DNA of 52,459 nucleotides, from the IMG/VR virus record IMGVR_UViG_3300009155_004654, positions 1 through 52,459 of that record. One strand, written 5' to 3'. This document shows positions 34,203 through 42,409 of the stretch, in pieces; the stretch's first letter is position 1, and each line of letters begins with the position of its first letter. Below the pieces are notes generated by a model. The model saw nothing but the letters and a program-made list of their open reading frames with translations. It had not been told where the DNA came from and ran no database searches. The stretch comes from a virus. Its lineage: Duplodnaviria > Caudoviricetes. A program made the position numbers and the translations under genes.

Positions 34203-36095
34203 ATGAAATTTGTGTTAAATAAACAAACTGGTTTTTTTGTTTTACGAGAAGATTTAACTTCTGGTATTAAAGCTGCTGCTAGAGATTTAGTAGATCTAGA
34301 AAATAAAAAATTAAAAACTCTTGAAGATGTTACGAGAGAATCGGAAAGAGAATATAACAACGCAAAAAAAACTAAAGAGCAAAAGAAAACTGAATATGAA
34401 CAAGCTTATGCTTTTTTGCAAAGTTTTAAAGAAGAATTAACAAGTTTTTATTTTCAAGGAAATAAAATATTTTATAATAAATATGACAAGACAAAAGAGG
34501 TTGCATTATTTATTGAAGATCAAAAAAATGCCAAACCAACAACCGAACAAGTTAATAACTATTTAGAAGAATTACAAAAGCATTTAGATAACGATAGATT
34601 AAAAAATAACCTTGAAAATATAAAAAAAGCCTTATATAAATGTGCCGATTATTCTCCAAATGATGAACAAATTGATGAAAAAGAATTAGATGAAGCAATA
34701 AAGAATGTTCAAACGATGATTAGTGCTGGTGCTTTGATACCAATAGTTCTTGGACAACCAGAAATAGCTCCGTTTGTACTTTTTTTGTATAAAGCTTTGT
34801 GTGTTGAACCACCAGCAAAATTTGAACGAGTTGTTCCTATATATGGAGAGACAGTAGATCAAATATTAAATCTATTAAAGATTTTTCTTTCAGTAGATGG
34901 AATTAAAAGATTGATAATAAATTCTTTACCAGGTGTTGGTACGTATAATATGGTTAAATCTCTTTATATTGTTATAAAATACAGAGATCAATTGCCAGCT
35001 TGTAAAAAATCTACAGAAATTAATTCTGAAGAACCCACGCAACAAAAAGAGCAACCACAACAAACAAAAAATAATTCAAACGATAAAGATTTAACAGATT
35101 ATAAAAATCGCGAAGATTTTAATATTGCTGGTGATAGAAAAGCTAAAGCTGATTTAGAAAGATCTCTTTCTACAAGAAATAGAAGAATTGATCAAGCTAG
35201 AATAAATACTAGAAGAAATAAAGTTAATGAATCTAAAATATTAAAAGAATATAGAGAAGAAATCAATAATCTCCTTATTCCTCATATGCAAAAGCAACTT
35301 GGTTTTAATCATCCTCCAACAATTAATTTTGCGGAAGACCCAGAAAATGCACAAGATATGTTTGGAAAAACAGCATATTATAATCCAAGCACAAGCGAAA
35401 TAACGGTTTATATAACCAATAGACACCCAAAAGATATCATGCGTTCTGTAGCACATGAAATAGTACATCACGCACAGAACCAAAGAGGAGAGTTTGAGAA
35501 CTCATTTAATCTTGGTGAAGAAGGTTACGCACAAAACAATTCCCATTTAAGAAGTATGGAAGAAGAAGCTTATTTAAGCGGAAATATGATATTTAGAGAT
35601 TGGGAAGATAATTTTAAAAAACAAAGGAACCAAAATAAAATGATTAATGAATCAAGTTTAAGAGCAAAGATACGCTCGTTAATTAAAGAAGAAATGTATA
35701 ATCACATAGAAAATGAACCAGCTAATAAACATGATGCTGGATGTGGATGTAAGGAATGTGATAAGAAAAAAAGATTCTTAGATGATCATGGTGTTAAAAA
35801 CATAGCTGAATCTGTTGAAAAAGAAATCATGCCACTTAAAGAATGGCGTAACATGGAATTAAATTCTTTGCTTCTCAATAGATTTGGTATTGTCTCTCCA
35901 CAAGTATTAGGAGAGAAAACCATGACACCAAAAGAAAAAGAATTAGCAGCTAAATATCCACCAGAAGATAAAATTACTAGAGGCGATGTTATAACAGCAG
36001 CTAAAGAAAAAGGTGGTAAATCAGCTAAAAAACCAGCTAAGAAAGGTAAAGTCCCACCACAATTCTTAAAGGGAAAGCAAGATGAAAGCAAGTAA
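34203..36095 (+). CDS. Large putative virion protein with zincin metallopeptidase domain
   Basis: KTAYYNP..RHPKDIMRSVAHEIVHHAQ..EEEAY; internal MINESSLRAKIRSLIKEE tag. Confidence 0.7.
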   Translation: MKFVLNKQTGFFVLREDLTSGIKAAARDLVDLENKKLKTLEDVTRESEREYNNAKKTKEQKKTEYEQAYAFLQSFKEELTSFYFQGNKIFYNKYDKTKEVALFIEDQKNAKPTTEQVNNYLEELQKHLDNDRLKNNLENIKKALYKCADYSPNDEQIDEKELDEAIKNVQTMISAGALIPIVLGQPEIAPFVLFLYKALCVEPPAKFERVVPIYGETVDQILNLLKIFLSVDGIKRLIINSLPGVGTYNMVKSLYIVIKYRDQLPACKKSTEINSEEPTQQKEQPQQTKNNSNDKDLTDYKNREDFNIAGDRKAKADLERSLSTRNRRIDQARINTRRNKVNESKILKEYREEINNLLIPHMQKQLGFNHPPTINFAEDPENAQDMFGKTAYYNPSTSEITVYITNRHPKDIMRSVAHEIVHHAQNQRGEFENSFNLGEEGYAQNNSHLRSMEEEAYLSGNMIFRDWEDNFKKQRNQNKMINESSLRAKIRSLIKEEMYNHIENEPANKHDAGCGCKECDKKKRFLDDHGVKNIAESVEKEIMPLKEWRNMELNSLLLNRFGIVSPQVLGEKTMTPKEKELAAKYPPEDKITRGDVITAAKEKGGKSAKKPAKKGKVPPQFLKGKQDESK

Positions 36096-36330
36096 ATTTT
36101 TAAGATTAAAAGCTAAATTTCAAGAAGCTTCAAATATTATAACAGAAGCTGTAAAAGAAGTTTCAGTAGTTGTAGAGACAGCAGTTAAAGAAGTAATAGA
36201 AGCAGAAAAAGCAACAGAAGTAGCAGTAGAACAAATCAAAGAAGCTGTTGAAGAAGTAAAGCCTATTATAGAAGCTGTTGTAGATGAAGTCAAGTCAACA
36301 ACCAAAAAGAAAGTAGTAAAAGATGCCTAG
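36082..36330 (+). CDS. Low-complexity Glu/Val/Ala-rich protein
   Basis: Repeated EAV(K/E/V)EV units. Confidence 0.55.
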   Translation: MKASKFLRLKAKFQEASNIITEAVKEVSVVVETAVKEVIEAEKATEVAVEQIKEAVEEVKPIIEAVVDEVKSTTKKKVVKDA

Positions 36331-36616
36331 TAATTTATTAGATAATATTTCTTGGAACTTTATTAAAGAAAGCGCAAAACCAAGCGTTAGATCTTATATT
36401 CTTTCAGTAGAAGAGAAGTTAAATTCTCTTATTAAGCCTTCCATTAGTGATTCGGATAGAGATAGAATTGCTATTGCTTTAAGAGATTTGAAAGAAGTGA
36501 AGAAACATGTTAATAGATTAGAAGAAGAATTAGAACAACAAAAGAACGATCATAAGGATCTTAAGTTTAGATATGAGAAGTTAAAATCTAAAGCAAAAGC
36601 ATCTAAGGAAGAATAA
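36323..36616 (+). CDS. Coiled-coil hypothetical protein
   Basis: SWNFIKE N-terminus, heptad C-terminus. Confidence 0.6.
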   Translation: MPSNLLDNISWNFIKESAKPSVRSYILSVEEKLNSLIKPSISDSDRDRIAIALRDLKEVKKHVNRLEEELEQQKNDHKDLKFRYEKLKSKAKASKEE

Positions 36617-36617
36617 C

Positions 36618-38600
36618 ATGGGTCTAAGCAGCATACCACACGTTTATGATGATAAAGAATTAAACTATGAAGAAGTAGTAGAAATACTTACAAAAGCTGC
36701 TAATGGTAGAATTCAAGGAACTGAGAAAACAGATGGTCTTAATTTGTTTCTTGGTTATAAAGATGGTCAACCAAAAGCAGCAAGAAACTTTACTGAAATA
36801 AGCCAAGGTGGTTTAGATGCTGAAGCTTTTGCTGATAGAGAATTTCAAGCTGATGATCACATAAAAGAAATATTTAGAGCAGCTTTTAATGCTTTCTCTA
36901 ATGTTATAAAACACTTAAATCAAGAACAAATTAATATTTTGTTTGGAACTAATGGAAATACATTTTTAAATTGTGAGATTATCTCTGGTAAAACAAATGT
37001 TATTACATATGATACACAAGTTATATTAATTCATCGTTCTGGTCACAAAGAATTTAATACTGCAACTGGAAAAGTAGAGTCAGTTAGAGCAGATAGACAA
37101 AAAGCAATTTCTATTATGATAGATAACTTTAATGAAGTTATGCAGCAAATGTTAAATGGAACAGAATTTAAAGTTCAGCAAGATAGATTAGAAAGGCTAC
37201 CAGCATTAGAAGATCAATCAACATTAGCAAATACAATTCAAAAATTAAAACAAGCTGGTTTTAAAGAAGGTATGACTATTAGTGATTACCTCTTACAAAA
37301 GTCACTTGCATATGTTAAAGAGAAGCTACCATCCTTAAATAATGAAATAACAATAGAAGTAGCAAAGAAGATAGTTGGAGTAAAAGGAGCAGATAGTATT
37401 ACTGTTCTTAAAAGTTATGTTAATCAAAATCCTAAGTTTGTTGAAGAATTACAGAATTTAGTAAAGAGAAAAGAAGAAATAGTTGATGAAATTAATTTTC
37501 CTATTGAAGATGCTATACATGATTTTACGGTAGAAATATTAAGTAAGTTAAATTCACAATTCGTTCAAGATAAAGAAAAATCAACAGAAGTAATAAAACA
37601 AGAATTAGCAAAGAAAGTAAAAGAATTACAAAACTATAATGGACCAGATAAAGAAAAGGTACATAATAAATTAAAGAAACAATTATTAAAGTTAAAGCAT
37701 ATAGATAAAATATCAAGTCCAACTGAAGGATTTGTATTTAACTATAATAATAAAATGTATAAATTTACTGGTAATTTTGCTCCAGTAAATCAAATAAGAA
37801 ATATGAAGATAAACCAAGAAACAGATACCTCTGGTGCTTCAAGTATGAATTTTAATTTGAAAGAAAACAAAGCAGGTATAGCTTTATTTCCAGGTTCTTT
37901 TAGACCTCCACACAAAGGTCATTTAGAATTAATTAAAAAAGCATTACCAAAATATTCAAAAGTAGTTGTTTTAATCTCTCAACCAGAAAAACATACAAGA
38001 TCTGATATCACAGCAGAGCAATCAAAACAAATTTTTGATCAATATACAAAAGGTCTTCCAGTTGAAACAAGAATGTGCAACAATAGTTCACCTTATGTTG
38101 AAGCAGCAGATATGATTAAGAAGGGAGAAGGAAACGTAGTGTTAACCTCCGATAAAGAACCAACAAAATTTGATAAGTTTAATTTTCCAAAAGAAGTTGT
38201 TCATGCTGACTACAATATAAGTGCTGGTCAAATGAGAAATATATTAAGTTCCGACAAATCAAGAGAAGAGAAGAAAGCAGAATTATTAGGATATATTCCA
38301 GAAGAAACTAATGTAGAAGAAGTATTTAATATTCTTATGAGTGATCAACAACCAATTTCAATACAAGAAATCTTTTCAATATTAGATAACATGCCTTTAA
38401 AAGAAAATGTATCTACAAATAACTTGAAAATGGAAGACATATTTGGTATATTAGATGAAATGTCTGGTGTTAGTGCTACTGAAGGAGCACCTATGCTTAC
38501 ATCAAAACCACAAAGAAAAAAGAAAAAAACAAGAACTTATACACTTGAAGAGATAATTAATATGTCAAACAATTATCTAAAGGAATCTAAAAATGATTAA
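36618..38600 (+). CDS. Ligase-like nucleotidyltransferase fused to HIGH-family (cytidylyltransferase-like) domain
   Basis: EKTDG (motif I), NCEII, EGFVF (motif IV), YKF; then FPGSFRPPHKGH and ISAGQMR. Confidence 0.7.
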   Translation: MGLSSIPHVYDDKELNYEEVVEILTKAANGRIQGTEKTDGLNLFLGYKDGQPKAARNFTEISQGGLDAEAFADREFQADDHIKEIFRAAFNAFSNVIKHLNQEQINILFGTNGNTFLNCEIISGKTNVITYDTQVILIHRSGHKEFNTATGKVESVRADRQKAISIMIDNFNEVMQQMLNGTEFKVQQDRLERLPALEDQSTLANTIQKLKQAGFKEGMTISDYLLQKSLAYVKEKLPSLNNEITIEVAKKIVGVKGADSITVLKSYVNQNPKFVEELQNLVKRKEEIVDEINFPIEDAIHDFTVEILSKLNSQFVQDKEKSTEVIKQELAKKVKELQNYNGPDKEKVHNKLKKQLLKLKHIDKISSPTEGFVFNYNNKMYKFTGNFAPVNQIRNMKINQETDTSGASSMNFNLKENKAGIALFPGSFRPPHKGHLELIKKALPKYSKVVVLISQPEKHTRSDITAEQSKQIFDQYTKGLPVETRMCNNSSPYVEAADMIKKGEGNVVLTSDKEPTKFDKFNFPKEVVHADYNISAGQMRNILSSDKSREEKKAELLGYIPEETNVEEVFNILMSDQQPISIQEIFSILDNMPLKENVSTNNLKMEDIFGILDEMSGVSATEGAPMLTSKPQRKKKKTRTYTLEEIINMSNNYLKESKND

Positions 38601-39345
38601 CGAGAAAGAAGCAGTAAGATTGTATATTAGAAAAGCAATACAATTATATAAAGAAAATAAAAGACAACAAGAAGTTTTAGAAGAAACAAAATTAAGACAA
38701 CTTGTTCGTGGTCTTATTCTTAAAGAAGTAGCAGAAGATCAACCAAAACATGCTTCTACTGGTATTAACGTTCTTGAAGATTTATTAAAAAAGATTGTTC
38801 CTGTGCTTCAAGCAGATTTTAAAATGCTTACAACATCAGCAGGACAAAGAAGCTCATTTAGAGCACACTTAGTTAATGCTATTCAAAATTCACTTTCACC
38901 AGAACTTATGTATGTTCTCTCCGATAAAGAGAAAGAACAACTTAAAGAAGCAGCAACAATTAAGGTAGAAGATCCAGATATGGAGAAGTTTATTGATATT
39001 GAAGATAATGAAGAACCAGAGGAAGAAGAAATTTCACCAGAAGAAGAGTTCTCAAAAGGTCTTGAAGATCAAAATCTAGATTCAACTGGTAGAAATATGG
39101 CTATGGCTACATTCAAAAAAATTGAAAAAGGTATTCTTGATGCTTATGAACTTCTTGACGACGCAAAAGATAGAGAGTTGTTCTACGATTATCTTATTAC
39201 AAATATGAAATTGTACTTTGATAAATTTGAAGAAGAAATGACACCATCTGGTATTACTGAACCAACCACACCAGAATACGAAGCAGAGAAAGATCGTAAG
39301 CAAGCAGAAGATACAGGAACAGCACAAACTCCAGAAGGTCTTTGA
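38593..39345 (+). CDS. Putative virion protein
   Basis: MINEKEAVRLYIRKAI..EETKLRQLVRGLILKE tags; acidic. Confidence 0.6.
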   Translation: MINEKEAVRLYIRKAIQLYKENKRQQEVLEETKLRQLVRGLILKEVAEDQPKHASTGINVLEDLLKKIVPVLQADFKMLTTSAGQRSSFRAHLVNAIQNSLSPELMYVLSDKEKEQLKEAATIKVEDPDMEKFIDIEDNEEPEEEEISPEEEFSKGLEDQNLDSTGRNMAMATFKKIEKGILDAYELLDDAKDRELFYDYLITNMKLYFDKFEEEMTPSGITEPTTPEYEAEKDRKQAEDTGTAQTPEGL

Positions 39346-39734
39346 TGCACTGGAAGAGGAAGAGTAAACTAAATTTAAATGGTGTTTACTCTAAACATTC
39401 TCTATTAAAAAAACTAAAAGAAGAAGGTAAGTCGTCCGATGAATTTGAATTCTATATTGGACGACTTACCCTTGAGGAGTTAATAGCACTAAAGCTTGAA
39501 GTTTCAGCAAGAATGTTGGGCGGAAAGCTTTATGGTTTTAATATTTGGTCAGCTATGCCTAAAATTGCTAAAGATGCCGCTTTAATGTTTGCTATTTCTT
39601 CATCAAATACAATCGAAGAAGCAGCAACAATTTTAAATATGAATACTCTTCGATATTTAAGCATTTTAGACATTTACAAAACTGATAAATATTTTGGTAT
39701 TGTTAAAAGAAACTTGACGACCAAACAAGAGTAG
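39342..39734 (+). CDS. Hypothetical protein, possible C-terminal HTH
   Basis: TIEEAATILNMN resembles a Fis-type HTH. Confidence 0.5.
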   Translation: MMHWKRKSKLNLNGVYSKHSLLKKLKEEGKSSDEFEFYIGRLTLEELIALKLEVSARMLGGKLYGFNIWSAMPKIAKDAALMFAISSSNTIEEAATILNMNTLRYLSILDIYKTDKYFGIVKRNLTTKQE

Positions 39735-39763
39735 ATTATATTTTATTCATCGTTGGAGGTCGC

Positions 39764-39928
39764 ATGGCTAATCAATTAGATAAAACCAAGTATAAAAACA
39801 AAATTGCTGATGTTGAAACAGAAGCACAACTTGAAGATCTCGCTTATCTTCAAGAAAAGAAAAAGCGACTTAATAGAAAAGAACTTTACATGAAGGAAGG
39901 TGAAAATGAGCCACAAGGCAGCACATAG
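39764..39928 (+). CDS. Small protein (54 aa, not in ORF track)
   Basis: SD GGAGGT; TTGACG..TATATT promoter upstream. Confidence 0.6.
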   Translation: MANQLDKTKYKNKIADVETEAQLEDLAYLQEKKKRLNRKELYMKEGENEPQGST

Positions 39929-39992
39929 TCACGGTAGACGTAGACGTAAATTGGGTTCAAAGAAACGTAGAGCAAAGCGTCTTCGTAAGTAA
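39906..39992 (+). CDS. 28-aa Arg/Lys-rich peptide (not in ORF track)
   Basis: MSHKAAHSHGRRRRKLGSKKRRAKRLRK; SD AAGGTG. Confidence 0.55.
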   Translation: MSHKAAHSHGRRRRKLGSKKRRAKRLRK

Positions 39993-40028
39993 CACTCATG
40001 TTGCATCTATTTATTATATGGAGGCAAC

Positions 40029-40241
40029 ATGATGATTTTTGAAATTGAATTACTTAGAGTAGGAAACAAAATATTATATAATGCCTATAAAAAAGATAGG
40101 CTTGGTGTAGAATATGCTTGTGCTGCTGATTTACATAATGAAGAAGCAGCAGTAAACATAATAAGAAATAAATGGAAGCATAATGGTCCTATAAGAGTAA
40201 TTGGACCAGATAACGAAATTAAAACAATAGGTGGTTTATAA
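40029..40241 (+). CDS. Hypothetical protein
   Basis: Late-type motif and SD GGAGG. Confidence 0.6.
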   Translation: MMIFEIELLRVGNKILYNAYKKDRLGVEYACAADLHNEEAAVNIIRNKWKHNGPIRVIGPDNEIKTIGGL

Positions 40242-40690
40242 TGAGTGATGCTTATTCAACTGTTTGTGTGTCTGGTGGGTTTGATCCAATTCATAAGGGT
40301 CATGTTCGTATGATACGAGAAGCAGCACAATTTGGTGATGTTATAATAATTGCTAATTCGGACGAATGGATACTTAGAAAGAAAGGTAAATTTTTTATGA
40401 CTTGGGAAGAAAGAGCAGAAATTTTAGAATCAATTAAAGGTGTAATTAAAGTAGTAAAAGCAAAAGATGATGATGGAACAGTTTGTGAAAGTTTAAAAGA
40501 TATTAAACCAACTTATTTTGCTAATGGTGGAGATCGTAAAGATTATAATACACCAGAAGGCGAAGTTTGTAAAGAACTAGGAATTACCTTGCTTTGGGGA
40601 GTTGGTGGAGATAAAATACAATCTTCTTCTTGGTTACTTGCCGAAGCAGCAAAGGATGTTAATGTATTGGCTGATAGACAAACTATTTGA
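40241..40690 (+). CDS. Cytidylyltransferase-family (HIGH) protein
   Basis: SGGFDPIHKGH, RKKG, ERAEIL, ANGGDR, QSSS. Confidence 0.88.
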   Translation: MSDAYSTVCVSGGFDPIHKGHVRMIREAAQFGDVIIIANSDEWILRKKGKFFMTWEERAEILESIKGVIKVVKAKDDDGTVCESLKDIKPTYFANGGDRKDYNTPEGEVCKELGITLLWGVGGDKIQSSSWLLAEAAKDVNVLADRQTI

Positions 40691-40803
40691 GTTGTTCATG
40701 ACGATCATATTAGATGATAGATATTTTTATGGTTTTATATCTATTTATACAGTCCTATTAACAGGATTAATTATATTATATTTCAATAAAATGGAGAAAT
40801 AAA

Positions 40804-40878
40804 ATGCTTAGTGTTATTATGCTTTTCCTTTTCGGTTGTACCGGAAAGAGTGACGACAGTTCCGATACTGCCGCTTGA
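40804..40878 (+). CDS. 24-aa lipoprotein-like peptide (not in ORF track)
   Basis: SD GGAG; MLSVIMLFLFGC-TGKSDDSSDTAA lipobox. Confidence 0.5.
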   Translation: MLSVIMLFLFGCTGKSDDSSDTAA

Positions 40879-40907
40879 TTAATTAAATAAAAAAGGAAGT
40901 AAATAAA

Positions 40908-41114
40908 ATGATTTCAGTATTATTCGCAGCCCTCGTAGCTTGCTCACCAGCAGAAAAACCAGTAGAGGCACCTGTAGCCGCTCCAGAAACACCAGTTGTT
41001 GTCGAGGCTACTCCAGCAGTTCCAGCTACTAGCGAAGCCACAGAGGTTAAGCCAGAAGCCGCTACAACTACTCCTGCTACCACTCCAGCACCAGCAGTTA
41101 CTACTGGCAACTAA
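40908..41114 (+). CDS. Pro/Ala/Thr-rich lipoprotein
   Basis: MISVLFAALVAC lipobox followed by a disordered P/A/T/E tail. Confidence 0.7.
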   Translation: MISVLFAALVACSPAEKPVEAPVAAPETPVVVEATPAVPATSEATEVKPEAATTTPATTPAPAVTTGN

Positions 41115-41127
41115 AAGTTAAACGCAT

Positions 41128-41198
41128 TAAGCTATCTTCATCGCTAAGGTTCCCATCCTTACAATCCGTGAAAGTCGGATCGAGAAGATAGCTTTTTT
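41128..41198 (+). ncRNA. Candidate three-way-junction structured RNA / terminator upstream of methyltransferase gene
   Basis: Outer stem AAGCTATCTTC/GAAGATAGCTT, inner TAAGG/CCTTA and ATCCG-TGAAAGT-CGGAT, then T run. Confidence 0.4.
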
Positions 41199-41213
41199 AT
41201 TTGGAGTAAATAA

Positions 41214-41750
41214 ATGCGTAAGACCCGCCGTGATCGTTATAACGAAAAGATTGCTAACGGAGAAGTAAAACACTATCCATTTTCTCTTTGTGCTGTAAAC
41301 TTTCAGTGTGATGAAAACCTTGCTTATCTTGTAAGAACAGCGGCTTGTTTTGGTCTACGCGATGTTCATGTTATTGGATCAATTCCAAATTATGAAGATA
41401 TGCGCCGAAAGTCGGGAACTCTTCATGATTATGTAAATATTCATCAGTATTCTACACCATCACAATTTATGGAATATGCCCGTAGAACAAAAATGTGTGT
41501 TATTAGTGTAGAACTTACTGATGGAGCAATCAATCTCCATGATCTAGATATTCCTAACATAGTAAAAGAAAATAATAATATTTGTTTTGTTGTTGGAAAT
41601 GAAACAAGTGGAGTCCCAGCAGAAATTCTACATACAACAGATAGTGTTTATATTCCTATGCCGGGAGCAGGTTTCTGCCTAAATACTAGTCAAGCAGCTA
41701 ATATTGTTATTTACGAAGCAGTTAAGCAGATGGAGGAGCAAAACCAATAA
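41214..41750 (+). CDS. SpoU/TrmH family RNA 2'-O-methyltransferase
   Basis: NLAYLVRTAACFG, VVGNETSGV, YIPMPG..CLNTSQAA. Confidence 0.9.
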   Translation: MRKTRRDRYNEKIANGEVKHYPFSLCAVNFQCDENLAYLVRTAACFGLRDVHVIGSIPNYEDMRRKSGTLHDYVNIHQYSTPSQFMEYARRTKMCVISVELTDGAINLHDLDIPNIVKENNNICFVVGNETSGVPAEILHTTDSVYIPMPGAGFCLNTSQAANIVIYEAVKQMEEQNQ

Positions 41751-41804
41751 CTTGACCTCTGGATAAAAAGACACTATTTACTAACTGACTAAGGAGGTCA
41801 CAAA

Positions 41805-42314
41805 ATGTTATTATACTTACTTCTTGCCTGTAGAGAACCAGAGCCAATTAATACAGAAGTTTGTGAAGAAGAAATCTCAGTAACAGATATGGCAAAAGGC
41901 CTAACTGATGAACAAAAGGAAGTTTCTTACATTATTGAGGAACAATTTGGTGAAATGAATATTCCACCAAATATTACCGCAGCAGCAATAGTAAATGCTA
42001 TAGCAGAAAGTAGGTTAAACGCAGATGCTATTGGAGACGGTGGTAAAGCAGTAGGAGCTTTTCAATTACATAAAAGCGGTCTTGGAAAAAATCTGTCAAC
42101 AACAGAAAGAACAAATGTTTATACAAGCGCAAATATTATAGGTATTCAAATTCTTAAAAATAATACTTTATATGATTTAGAAAATAATAATGCGCTTATT
42201 CCTGTAATGACAGAAGTAATTACAGAAGATATTATGCGACCAGATAAGGTAAAAGAGCAAAAAGAGAAGCGAAGCCAATTAGCCAAGCAAGTATTCCCAA
42301 CAAGAATATGGTAA
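41805..42314 (+). CDS. Lipoprotein with phage tail lysozyme-like domain
   Basis: MLLYLLLAC lipobox; AAAIVNAIAESRLNADAIGDGGKAVGAFQL. Confidence 0.72.
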   Translation: MLLYLLLACREPEPINTEVCEEEISVTDMAKGLTDEQKEVSYIIEEQFGEMNIPPNITAAAIVNAIAESRLNADAIGDGGKAVGAFQLHKSGLGKNLSTTERTNVYTSANIIGIQILKNNTLYDLENNNALIPVMTEVITEDIMRPDKVKEQKEKRSQLAKQVFPTRIW

Positions 42315-42319
42315 AATAG

Positions 42320-42352
42320 ACCTCCAAGGATTAAAACCCTTGGAGGTTTTTA
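42320..42352 (+). terminator. Terminator
   Basis: ACCTCCAAGG..CCTTGGAGGT then TTTT. Confidence 0.8.
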
Positions 42353-42409
42353 ATTTGACAACTTATAAAAAGGGTCTTATACTATTTATATTAGTTTAAC
42401 AGGAATTAA

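Noticed and set aside
40602-40802. 66-aa hydrophobic ORF as holin
   Set aside because: The start overlaps the upstream gene and only one short hydrophobic stretch is present; a shorter membrane peptide is possible but unsupported
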